From: Clostridia bacterium
GTDB taxonomy: Bacteria; Bacillota; Peptococcia; DRI-13; PHAD01
Reading direction: 5' to 3'
NCBI GenBank assembly: GCA_034003745.1
Contig: JAVEYA010000001.1
Span: 43 to 64,042 of the forward strand
DNA length: 64,000 nt
How positions within the stretch are numbered: position 1 is the stretch's first letter; every line of letters begins with the position of its first letter. The translations under genes were made by a program, and so were the position numbers. Shown here piece after piece: positions 56,328 through 64,000 of the stretch. The notes beneath the pieces are model-generated. The model was not told the origin of the DNA, did no database searches, and saw nothing but the letters and a program-made list of their open reading frames with translations.

Positions 56328-56354
56328 TTAGCACTCTCCTTCTTCGAGTGCTAA
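56328..56354 (-). promoter_or_regulatory. CIRCE operator (HrcA binding site)
   Basis: TTAGCACTC (56328-56336), 9 nt, GAGTGCTAA (56346-56354). This is a perfect match to the CIRCE consensus, with a TATAAT hexamer abutting it on the minus strand (56354-56359). Confidence 0.95.
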
Positions 56355-56499
56355 TTATATCTCTTTAAAAATATCATTAACCCTTTTTTTTGTCAACGAT
56401 ATAAGGCTATTTTCATTTGGGGACAGGTCTCTCGTCCCATTTTTATAGGCTCTCTTGTTAAAGGGGAGGCGCCAGGCGAAGCTGATGAAAGGATTCTTA

Positions 56500-57657
56500 T
56501 CAAGGCAAAAATTCCATGAAGACTACATTGGCCAAAAACAGTCCTTTTTTAGTGAGCTTTACCTGCGCGGGCGTTTTCTCAAGCAAGCCGTCCGCATAAA
56601 GCTTTTGCAGCGTTTCTCCATAAACGCTTTCCAGAGACTGCCCAAATTTTTGCCGGAATATTTCTTTATTGACACCCTCTAAAAGCCGCAAGCCCAAAAA
56701 CATCTGCTCCGCCATCGCCAATCTTTGGTCAATTGCTTCCTCCCCGGCGGTGGGTCTTCTTCCCTGGGAAACTTTATCCGCATATACTGCCAAATCCGCC
56801 TCGTTAGTGTAACGAACGCCTTGCAGATAGCCGCTTGCACCCGCGCCCAATCCGATGTATTCGCGGTTTTGCCAGTACAGCGTATTATGCCGGCTCATCC
56901 TGCCGGGCTGCGCAAAATTGCTGATTTCATAATGATGATAGCCCTGCCGGGTCAGATATTCTATCGTCTCTTCAACCATCCGGCGGGCTGTTTCTTCCGC
57001 AGCCTCTTGCAATTCTCCCTTTTGCCGCCGCATAAAAAAGGGCGTACCCTCTTCGATATGCAGCTGATACAGGGATAGATGCTCCGGTGAAAGCGCCACC
57101 GCAGCCTGCAGATTCTTTTTCCAATCCTTTATAGTCTGTCCAGGCAGACCATACATCAAATCCAGGCTGATATTCGTAAAACCGGCTTGCCGGGCCAAGC
57201 GGCAAGCTAAAGACACATCCTGGGGCGAATGAATCCGTCCCAGTGCCTGCAACTCGCCCACAGAAAAGCTCTGTATCCCTATGGATAAGCGGTTAACGCC
57301 GCCTTCCTTCAGCCTTTCCAGCTTCTCCCGGTCTACCGTGCCGGGATTGGCTTCCGCCGTAATTTCCGCGTCAGGGAGAAATACAAACATCTGCTGCAAT
57401 GACTGCAACAGATGAAATAGCTGCCCGCCCGCCAAGCAGGTGGGCGTTCCGCCGCCCAGATACAGGCTTTCGTGGGACAGAGGGACAGGTCCCTTGTCCC
57501 ACTGATATAGCGCGGCTTCTTCCAGCAACAGCCGGACATAGCGCTCCTGCTCCGCTAAGCGCGCCGTCTCATCTGCCGGCACCACGTAAGAAGTAAAATC
57601 ACAGTAGGGGCATTTGCGAACGCAGAAAGGAATATGCACATAGATCCCCAGGCTCAT
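56500..57657 (-). CDS. hemW: Radical-SAM heme chaperone HemW (HemN-like)
   Basis: [16 protein letters not shown] radical-SAM motif; 385 aa. It sits at the conserved position between lepA and hrcA. Confidence 0.92.
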   Translation of the reverse strand: MSLGIYVHIPFCVRKCPYCDFTSYVVPADETARLAEQERYVRLLLEEAALYQWDKGPVPLSHESLYLGGGTPTCLAGGQLFHLLQSLQQMFVFLPDAEITAEANPGTVDREKLERLKEGGVNRLSIGIQSFSVGELQALGRIHSPQDVSLACRLARQAGFTNISLDLMYGLPGQTIKDWKKNLQAAVALSPEHLSLYQLHIEEGTPFFMRRQKGELQEAAEETARRMVEETIEYLTRQGYHHYEISNFAQPGRMSRHNTLYWQNREYIGLGAGASGYLQGVRYTNEADLAVYADKVSQGRRPTAGEEAIDQRLAMAEQMFLGLRLLEGVNKEIFRQKFGQSLESVYGETLQKLYADGLLEKTPAQVKLTKKGLFLANVVFMEFLP

Positions 57658-59456
57658 TTATCTTCCAGACTAAGCACAGCGACAAAGGCTTCCTGCGGGA
57701 TCTCCACGCTGCCCACCATCTTCATGCGCTTCTTGCCTTCCTTCTGCTTCTCCAGGAGCTTGCGTTTACGCGTGATGTCGCCGCCGTAGCATTTATCGAT
57801 AACGTTCTTGCGCAGGGCTTTGATGGATTCCCGGGCAATGATTTTATTGCCGATGGCCGCCTGTATCGGCACCTCAAACATCTGCCGGGGAATCAGGCTG
57901 CGCAGTTTTTCCACCATGGCCCGCCCGCGATAATAGGATTTCTCCCGGTGCGCAATGAAGGATAAAGCGTCCACCACCTCGTTGTTCACCAGGATGTCCA
58001 GCTTGACCAGGCTCGACTCCTTATAGCCGCTCAATTCATAATCCAGCGAGGCATACCCGCGTGTGCGCGATTTCAGCGCGTCAAAAAAATCATAAATTAT
58101 CTCAGCCAGCGGTAGCTCATATTTCAGCATCACCCGGTTGGCCGAAAGGTAATCCATATTTTTAAAGACGCCGCGCTTCTCCTGGGCCAGTTCCATGATG
58201 CCGCCGACATATTCGCTCGGCGTCATCACCGTAGCCAGGATATAGGGTTCCTCAATCGTCTCGATTTCCTGTACGGTCGGAAGCTTCGTGGGATTATCTA
58301 TCTCCAGGGTTTCGCCATTGGTCTTATTCACCCGGTACACCACGGAGGGCGCGGTAATCAGCAAATCCAGCGAATACTCCCGCTCCAGACGTTCCCGGAT
58401 AATCTCCATATGCAAAAGCCCCAAAAAGCCACAGCGATAACCAAAGCCCAAAGCCACCGAAGTTTCCGCTTCATAGACTAAGGAGGCGTCGTTCAGCTTC
58501 AGTTTTTCCAATGCGTCGCGCAGATTCTCGTAGTCGCTGGTCTCGATGGGATACAGCCCGCAATAGACCATGGGTTTAACCGTGCGGTAGCCCGGCAGCG
58601 GGGTATCCACGATATTATCCGCCGAGGTGATAGTATCACCCACCCGGGTATCTTTCACATTCTTGGCGCTGGCCGCCAGAAAACCGACCATACCCGCTGA
58701 GAGTTCTTCCACGCCGCGCATCGCGGGTGTAAATACGCCGACCTCTGTTACGTCGAAGACTTTCCCGGTAGCCATCATTTTAATCTTCATATCTTTGGCG
58801 ACTTTGCCGTCCACCACGCGCAGATAGGAAATGGCGCCTTTATAGGAATCGAAATGAGAATCAAAAATCAGCGCCTTCAGCGGGGCTTCCGGATCCCCCT
58901 GGGGCGGCGGAATCTTCGCGATTACAGCTTCCAGAATCTCTTCAATGCCGACGCCTTCTTTGGCGGAGGCCAAAATAGCCTCGCTGCAGTCCAGTCCGAT
59001 AACGTCCTCCAGTTCCTGCCTGACCCGCTCCGGTTCGGCGCTGGGTAAATCGATCTTATTGATGACGGGAATCAATTCCAGATCATGTTCCAGGGCCAGA
59101 TAAATATTGGCCAGCGTCTGGGCTTCAATCCCCTGAGAAGCGTCCACCACCAGGATGGCCCCCTCGCAGGCGGCCAGACTCCGCGAGACCTCATAGGTAA
59201 AGTCGACATGGCCGGGGGTATCAATCAGATTCAAAAGATATTCCTGCCCGTTTCTGGCCTGGTAGTTCATGCGGACAGCCTTCAGCTTGATGGTAATGCC
59301 GCGTTCCCGTTCCAGATCCATATGGTCTAAGACCTGCGACGTCATTTCCCGTGCGGACAAAGCCCCGGTATATTCCAGCAGGCGGTCGGCCAGGGTGGAC
59401 TTCCCGTGGTCGATATGGGCGATGATGCAAAAATTACGGATGTTACTCTGACTCAT
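57654..59456 (-). CDS. lepA: Translation elongation factor 4 (LepA)
   Basis: [27 protein letters not shown]... The ATG at 59456 follows GGAGGAG. Confidence 0.97.
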   Translation of the reverse strand: MSQSNIRNFCIIAHIDHGKSTLADRLLEYTGALSAREMTSQVLDHMDLERERGITIKLKAVRMNYQARNGQEYLLNLIDTPGHVDFTYEVSRSLAACEGAILVVDASQGIEAQTLANIYLALEHDLELIPVINKIDLPSAEPERVRQELEDVIGLDCSEAILASAKEGVGIEEILEAVIAKIPPPQGDPEAPLKALIFDSHFDSYKGAISYLRVVDGKVAKDMKIKMMATGKVFDVTEVGVFTPAMRGVEELSAGMVGFLAASAKNVKDTRVGDTITSADNIVDTPLPGYRTVKPMVYCGLYPIETSDYENLRDALEKLKLNDASLVYEAETSVALGFGYRCGFLGLLHMEIIRERLEREYSLDLLITAPSVVYRVNKTNGETLEIDNPTKLPTVQEIETIEEPYILATVMTPSEYVGGIMELAQEKRGVFKNMDYLSANRVMLKYELPLAEIIYDFFDALKSRTRGYASLDYELSGYKESSLVKLDILVNNEVVDALSFIAHREKSYYRGRAMVEKLRSLIPRQMFEVPIQAAIGNKIIARESIKALRKNVIDKCYGGDITRKRKLLEKQKEGKKRMKMVGSVEIPQEAFVAVLSLEDK

Positions 59457-59520
59457 ATACTCCTCCAATGCAGACTGTGGATAAGCACTCCTTGGAGTAC
59501 TTCTGAAAAGTCCGGTATAT

Positions 59521-61083
59521 TCAATGCCGTGGTCTTAACTTTCTTAAAAACAGTTTCTTAGCCAGTTCGCTTTCTTCCATTTTCAACAGCAGGGCCAGCC
59601 CGATAAAGAGAACGACGCCGACCGCGATGGCGACCGCTACCTGGATCACCTGGCCGGTTTTCGTACCCACGTCCAGGAAGGCTTCCAGCCAGGCCGCCGT
59701 TTGATACGCGGCCAGCCCCATGATCACGGAAACACCTGTAGTCTTCAGAAACGAAGCCAGCATTTTTCTGCCGTCAATGGAGCCGATCCGGATCCTTAAC
59801 ACTACCAATAGCCCAATCATGTTGACAATCCCGGCCAAAGAATAGGCCAGCGCCAGCCCGCCGTGCGCCAGTGAGCCAATCAGCCAGAAATTCAGCGCGA
59901 TATTAATTAAGATGGTGAGAATCCCCACCGTCACCGGGGTCCTGGTATCCTGCAGGGCATAAAAGACCCTGTTTAAAAGCTGAATAGCCGAATAGGCAAA
60001 AAGACCGATACAGTAGAATAATAAAGCGTAGGCGGTAGCTTCCGTATCTTCCGGCGTAAAAAGCCCCTGCTGGAACAAGAGCCGGATTACCGGCGTCCGT
60101 AAGGCCATCAGGCCGATCGCCGAGGGGATGGTGATAAAAAGAATCGTCCGTACGCCCAAAGACATGGTTTGCTTAAATTGCTGTTTCTCCTCCCGGGCCG
60201 CGTGCCCGGTCAGTGTTGGGAAGACCGCCACGGCAATAGCGATGGCAAAGACGCCGATAGGCAGCTGCATAATCCGCTGGGCTGCCCTCAGCGCTGAAAT
60301 CATTCCCTCCGGCAGCGTGGAACCGAGATTCTGATTGACGAAAAGATTGAAATGCGTCACCGACAGGCCGATTAAAACGGGCAAAATCAGGGCGCCAATC
60401 TTTCTGACGCCGGGATGGTTTAAATCGATGACTGGCCGATAGCGCAGGCCTAAACGTATTAAAGCCGGCAGCTGCACCGCGAAATTTAAGGCGGCGCCCG
60501 CTACCACGCCGACGGCGAAACCAACAATACCCAGATAAGGCGACAGCAGGAGGCCGATGGCGATAATCCCGAAGTTATATAAAACCGCGCCCACCGCCGG
60601 CGCCATAAACTGCTGATAGGAGTTCAGTATTCCCATGGAAATGCCGTTTAGCGCCATAAAGAACGTCTGCACAAACATGATCCTGGTCATGCTTACCGTA
60701 AGCGCCATATTGACCTCGTCAAAACCGGGAACCAGGAGACGAATCAGGGCAGGGGCAAAAATCATCCCGATGGCAATGCCGATCAGCATTAAAATAATTA
60801 TAATATTAAAAATCGTGCTGGCAACAATCCAACCTTCTTTTTCTTTCTTCGTGGCAATCAAAGAGGAAAATACTGGGATAAAGGCCGAGGAGAGCGCCCC
60901 CCCTACCAGCAGGTAATACAGGAAATCCGGGATGGAAAAGGCTGCGTTATAGGCGTCCGTAAAACTGTTTTGCCCGAAACGGGCATAAATAACCATATCC
61001 CGCACATAACCGAGGATGCGGGACAGGACCATCGCTATCATTAAAATACCCGCCGCTTGGGCTACCTTTTTCCCTGTGGACAT
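59521..61083 (-). CDS. murJ: Lipid II flippase MurJ (MviN)
   Basis: [54 protein letters not shown]; 520 aa, about 14 TM. Confidence 0.9.
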   Translation of the reverse strand: MSTGKKVAQAAGILMIAMVLSRILGYVRDMVIYARFGQNSFTDAYNAAFSIPDFLYYLLVGGALSSAFIPVFSSLIATKKEKEGWIVASTIFNIIIILMLIGIAIGMIFAPALIRLLVPGFDEVNMALTVSMTRIMFVQTFFMALNGISMGILNSYQQFMAPAVGAVLYNFGIIAIGLLLSPYLGIVGFAVGVVAGAALNFAVQLPALIRLGLRYRPVIDLNHPGVRKIGALILPVLIGLSVTHFNLFVNQNLGSTLPEGMISALRAAQRIMQLPIGVFAIAIAVAVFPTLTGHAAREEKQQFKQTMSLGVRTILFITIPSAIGLMALRTPVIRLLFQQGLFTPEDTEATAYALLFYCIGLFAYSAIQLLNRVFYALQDTRTPVTVGILTILINIALNFWLIGSLAHGGLALAYSLAGIVNMIGLLVVLRIRIGSIDGRKMLASFLKTTGVSVIMGLAAYQTAAWLEAFLDVGTKTGQVIQVAVAIAVGVVLFIGLALLLKMEESELAKKLFLRKLRPRH

Positions 61084-61124
61084 TTAACACTCCTGCTTAT
61101 CCAGAATCCGACAATTAGTATAAC

Positions 61125-61415
61125 CTAATTTATATTCAGCATGTTTTGCAGATATTCCTTTATTGTTTGCGACTTTATTTCTACAAACGGTCCTATGCCG
61201 GAAAAGATATCCACAACACCCCGCGCCTGCTTATCCAGATTCAGTCCCAGGAACCTGACCTCGATCCCCTCCGGACCCCCCTTAAAAACCAAAGGGTCTT
61301 CTCCCGGCCATAAAGTCATCGTCTTCATATTAAAATTGGTTGCATAAATGCCGCAGCAGATTAAAATCACAGACAGCAGCATGACCAAAATGAGTTTTCT
61401 TCTGAAAATGCGCAT
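61125..61415 (-). CDS. Hypothetical small membrane-anchored protein (at the position of B. subtilis yqxA, downstream of spoIIP)
   Basis: 96 aa with an N-terminal TM (LILVMLLSVILICCGIY). I recognised no family. Confidence 0.5.
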   Translation of the reverse strand: MRIFRRKLILVMLLSVILICCGIYATNFNMKTMTLWPGEDPLVFKGGPEGIEVRFLGLNLDKQARGVVDIFSGIGPFVEIKSQTIKEYLQNMLNIN

Positions 61416-61539
61416 CGCCTACGCCCCCTTCTCCATAAATTGCCCGTAATAGAGAGGATTTAAACTTACGGCCTGTCCCTTTGAGCAGACAACCGGTTAA
61501 ATCAGAAAGCTGTCATCCGGAGCTCTGCAAAGGATGACA

Positions 61540-61571
61540 AATAGAAAAGCCGCCCCTGATTCAGGCGGCGG
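61540..61571 (-). terminator. Intrinsic terminator after spoIIP
   Basis: The minus strand reads GCCGCCGCCTGAATCAGGGGCGGC followed by TTTTCTATTT. Confidence 0.75.
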
Positions 61572-61587
61572 CCGGCCCTGCCAATCT

Positions 61588-62664
61588 TTACTGTCCTTCC
61601 CTTAGAATGCCGTTCATGATTCCGGCCAGCGCAGCGGCGGAATTCAGCGCATCTTCTTCTTTATTCAGGTCGCTGCCGAATTCCAGTAAAATCGAACGGG
61701 GGTGCAAGTGCTGGTTATAACGGCGTTCTTCCCGGATGCGGATGGTCTTGATTAATCCCGGATAAAGTTCGTTGGCTTTGGCTTCTACTTTCTGGGCGAA
61801 GGTCAGGTTCTGTCTCCAATTCTTATGTTCATTTCCGATGACAATCATCACTTTAGCATATTCCTTATCGCCGATTTTCACCAGCGTGTCCGAGCGTGAG
61901 GATAATCCTGCGTCCCGGTGGATATCCAGCACCAATTGGATGGAAGGATATTTTTTCAGGAGCTGCTGCACCGTATTTAAAGAATTGTTGTAGGCCTTGG
62001 CAAAATCGGGATAATCATGGATCACGTCGCAATAATAGGTCTTCACGCCATATTTGTTCTCCAACTGCTGCGAAAAATATCGTGATACTCTGGCCACGCC
62101 GGCATTCTTCCCTTCAAACTTGGAGGCCCCATCCGTCGGTTTATACGATTCGGCGTTATGCGTGGTATAAATCAGGACCGCAGGGTCCCCGCTCAAATTC
62201 GAAGGATAGGACGGCTCTTCCGGAATCAGCCATTCTCTCAGCCCTTCTTCCTGGCCCGGCAAATAATAATCCTCCTCTCCTACTTCAGGAGGTTCCACTA
62301 CAGGCGCAGCAGCCAGGAAGGAAGCCAGTGCAGCTTGATGGTGGAGCAGATTTAACTCCGTACCGATGATGCTCATCGGGTTTTGAGCGTCAAAACCGGT
62401 AATACTGTAAATAAACTGAGCGGCCCAATATTCCGGCAACCCCGTCAGTCCCCCGTCAGGTCCGTTTGGGCCCAAAGGCAGGGCCTCCTTCACAATGGCA
62501 TCGCAACTGTTATCCGGATTAACCATAGCATATACCGTTTTGATGTTGGCAGACGAACCGGTCAGCGACGAGAACCCTATGAACAGCACAATCAGCAGAA
62601 TGGGCAGGACAAACTTAATTTGACCTATATGAATCATTTTTTGTCTTCTTCGCAAAAACAACAT
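61588..62664 (-). CDS. spoIIP: Stage II sporulation protein P
   Basis: VLIYTTHNAESYKPTDG ... VIHDYPDFAKAYNNSLNTVQQLLKKYPSIQLVLDIHRDA. The start may instead be the internal MIHIGQ at 62637. Confidence 0.9.
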   Translation of the reverse strand: MLFLRRRQKMIHIGQIKFVLPILLIVLFIGFSSLTGSSANIKTVYAMVNPDNSCDAIVKEALPLGPNGPDGGLTGLPEYWAAQFIYSITGFDAQNPMSIIGTELNLLHHQAALASFLAAAPVVEPPEVGEEDYYLPGQEEGLREWLIPEEPSYPSNLSGDPAVLIYTTHNAESYKPTDGASKFEGKNAGVARVSRYFSQQLENKYGVKTYYCDVIHDYPDFAKAYNNSLNTVQQLLKKYPSIQLVLDIHRDAGLSSRSDTLVKIGDKEYAKVMIVIGNEHKNWRQNLTFAQKVEAKANELYPGLIKTIRIREERRYNQHLHPRSILLEFGSDLNKEEDALNSAAALAGIMNGILREGQ

Positions 62665-62732
62665 GCTTCCCCATCCTCCACATCAGACCCTAATCTCTAA
62701 TGTATATGAACAGGGAAGCATTTATATAACCG

Positions 62733-63062
62733 TTACCTCAATTCCGTCGGCACAAAAGCATCGACTAAGCCAATGACCAGCGAAGCCAGCAGCGCCCCGA
62801 TGATGCTTACACTGATGCTGCCGGGAACAATGTACTGCGCTGCATAAATAACTACCGCAGCGGAGATAAATCCCGATAAACCTCTGGACTGCGGCGTGGC
62901 CTTCTTGCCCAACAACATTTCGATGACCCATCCGAGGATGGCAATGACAACCGCAGCGATAAGCGCGCCCCCAAACCCTGCTACCGAAATCCCCGGCAAG
63001 AGCCAGCTCACCAACATCAAAACCAGCGCCGAAACAATAAAACGGATAATTGCCCTGATCAT
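62733..63062 (-). CDS. DUF360 / phage-holin-4-like small membrane protein (YvlD type)
   Basis: MIRAIIRFIVSALVLMLVSWLLPGISVAGFGGALIAAVVIAILGWVIE...; 109 aa, about 3-4 TM. The RBS is GGAGGTGA. Confidence 0.8.
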   Translation of the reverse strand: MIRAIIRFIVSALVLMLVSWLLPGISVAGFGGALIAAVVIAILGWVIEMLLGKKATPQSRGLSGFISAAVVIYAAQYIVPGSISVSIIGALLASLVIGLVDAFVPTELR

Positions 63063-63087
63063 GCTGATATTTCACCTCCTTTTTTTA

Positions 63088-63111
63088 AGGTGAGGATGTA
63101 CATCCTCACCT
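63088..63111. repeat. 24-bp perfect palindrome upstream of the DUF360 gene
   Basis: AGGTGAGGATG TA CATCCTCACCT is read directly. It lies 26 bp upstream of the start codon (63062), just 5' of the SD on the minus-strand mRNA. Confidence 0.9.
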
Positions 63112-63249
63112 GATAATAGGTTAGACTTTTTTACAGATTCTTATACTTTTTCACGTTAATTATCCTTGCCTTTTATGAATATTAATGGTATTATTTAATT
63201 CGTGACTTTTTCCATTTAGATTTACAGTTCCAAAGGAGGTGAACTTAAA

Positions 63250-63516
63250 TTGGCAAATATCAAATCCGCCTTAAAAAGAGCACAAATAGCCCGCGTTCGT
63301 ACCGTAAAGAATGCTGCATATAAATCGATGATGAAAACATCCATCCGCCGTTTTGAGACATCTCTGAAGGACAACAACCCGGATACGGCGAAAGATACCC
63401 TGAAAAAGGCGCTGCGCATTATTGACAAACTTGCCGGCAAAGGCATTATTCATAAAAATACGGCAGCCCGCAAGAAATCACAGCTGACCAGAAAGCTCAA
63501 CAAGACAGCCAGCTGA
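63250..63516 (+). CDS. rpsT: 30S ribosomal protein S20
   Basis: (M)ANIKSALKRAQIARVRTVKNAAYKSMMKTSIRRFE...; TTG start after AAAGGAGGTGA. Confidence 0.95.
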   Translation: MANIKSALKRAQIARVRTVKNAAYKSMMKTSIRRFETSLKDNNPDTAKDTLKKALRIIDKLAGKGIIHKNTAARKKSQLTRKLNKTAS

Positions 63517-63530
63517 TTCCGTAAAAAAAC

Positions 63531-63572
63531 GAAAGAAGCCTCCAATAGTAATAGTGGAAGCTTCTTTTTTTG
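63531..63572 (+). terminator. rpsT intrinsic terminator
   Basis: AAAGAAGCCTCCA ... TGGAAGCTTCTTT followed by TTTTGTTTT; the stem has one mismatch. Confidence 0.8.
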
Positions 63573-63595
63573 TTTTATGATGATGGTTTACCCGG

Positions 63596-64000
63596 CTATT
63601 GCAGGGTCATCTCCGCCAAAAGTCTCTCCAGCTCGGTTTTATCGAAAAAATAACGTTCGTTGCAGAAATGGCAGCGCAATTCGGCCTGCCCCTCTTTTCC
63701 CAGCATATCCTCCAGTTCTTCCCGGCCCAGGCTGATTAATAACTTCTCCAGTCGTTCCTTATTGCAGCCGCAGTCAAAAGACCATTCTTCCTCCGCCAAA
63801 TATTCCAGCTCCACCCCGCCGAAAACTTTCTCCAGGATATCCTGAGGCGACAGTCCCCCTGCGATAAGCTGGGTGACCGAGGGGATCCCCTGAATGATCT
63901 CCTCCAGGCCTGCCAGAACATCGTCGGCAGCCCCGGGCAGGGCCTGCAGAAAAAAGCCTCCGGCGGCGATACAGCTATGGTCCGTATCAATCAGCACGCC
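63596..64000 (-). CDS. hslO: Redox-regulated chaperone Hsp33, C-terminal part (continues beyond the right edge)
   Basis: The zinc centre is ..FDCGCNKERL.. and ..RCHFCNERYFFDKTELERLL. The frame is open to the window end. Confidence 0.9.
   Translation of the reverse strand, partial: GVLIDTDHSCIAAGGFFLQALPGAADDVLAGLEEIIQGIPSVTQLIAGGLSPQDILEKVFGGVELEYLAEEEWSFDCGCNKERLEKLLISLGREELEDMLGKEGQAELRCHFCNERYFFDKTELERLLAEMTLQ

Noticed and set aside
56400-56440. GGGAC...GTCCC hairpin followed by ATTTTTAT, considered as a terminator between hemW and hrcA.
   Set aside because: The T-run is on the plus strand, whereas both flanking genes are on the minus strand. The stem is only 5 bp, so the call is too weak.
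62722-63075. 117-aa alternative-frame ORF overlapping the DUF360 gene on the same strand.
   Set aside because: The 62733-63062 frame gives a clean 3-4 TM DUF360-type protein with a strong GGAGGTGA RBS. The alternative frame is Cys/His/Gly-rich and has no start context.

Overview
This is a chromosomal segment of an endospore-forming Firmicute, roughly mid-GC, with no rRNA, tRNA or CRISPR array that I could recognise. The backbone (4.9-29.7 kb and 45.9-64 kb) lies almost entirely on the minus strand. It is collinear with the Bacillus subtilis yqe/yqf region: rpsT, spoIIP, lepA, hemW, hrcA-grpE-dnaK-dnaJ, prmA, rsmE, mtaB, HIT, rpsU, yqeY, then nfeD(yqeZ), floA(yqfA), yqfC, yqfD, phoH, pgpH(yqfF), ybeY, cdd, era, yqzL, recO, glyQS, ccpN and the PPDK regulator, here followed by ppdK.

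Three parts depart from that backbone:
- **Mobile/accessory left end (1-4.9 kb).** An IS21-family element, whose istA carries an in-frame TAA, is inserted into the istA of a second IS21-family element. Next come two orphan ORFs, a toxin-first RelE/RHH toxin-antitoxin pair, and a 560-bp AT-rich orphan spacer.
- **Block of about 16 kb (29.8-45.7 kb) between nfeD and yqeY.** It is mostly plus-strand. It holds a lytic transglycosylase, a tight four-gene operon, a purine-salvage cluster, amtB-glnK behind a terminator/antiterminator leader, and feoA-feoB plus a small Cys-rich ORF. The four-gene operon encodes a secreted NHL-repeat protein, a 909-aa secreted FecR/propeller-like protein, an MBL-fold hydrolase and a CHASE2 class III cyclase. 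It is my best candidate for an uncharacterised signalling system.
- **Thermosome-like chaperonin.** An archaeal-type (group II-like) chaperonin gene sits between hrcA and grpE, behind a perfect CIRCE operator.

RNA and regulatory elements supported by the sequence are a glycine T-box leader, CIRCE, several intrinsic terminators, a TA operator, a nested 78-bp hairpin between dnaK and dnaJ, and a 24-bp perfect palindrome upstream of a DUF360 gene. All protein-family calls come from reading the translations by eye. No database search or folding calculation was run.
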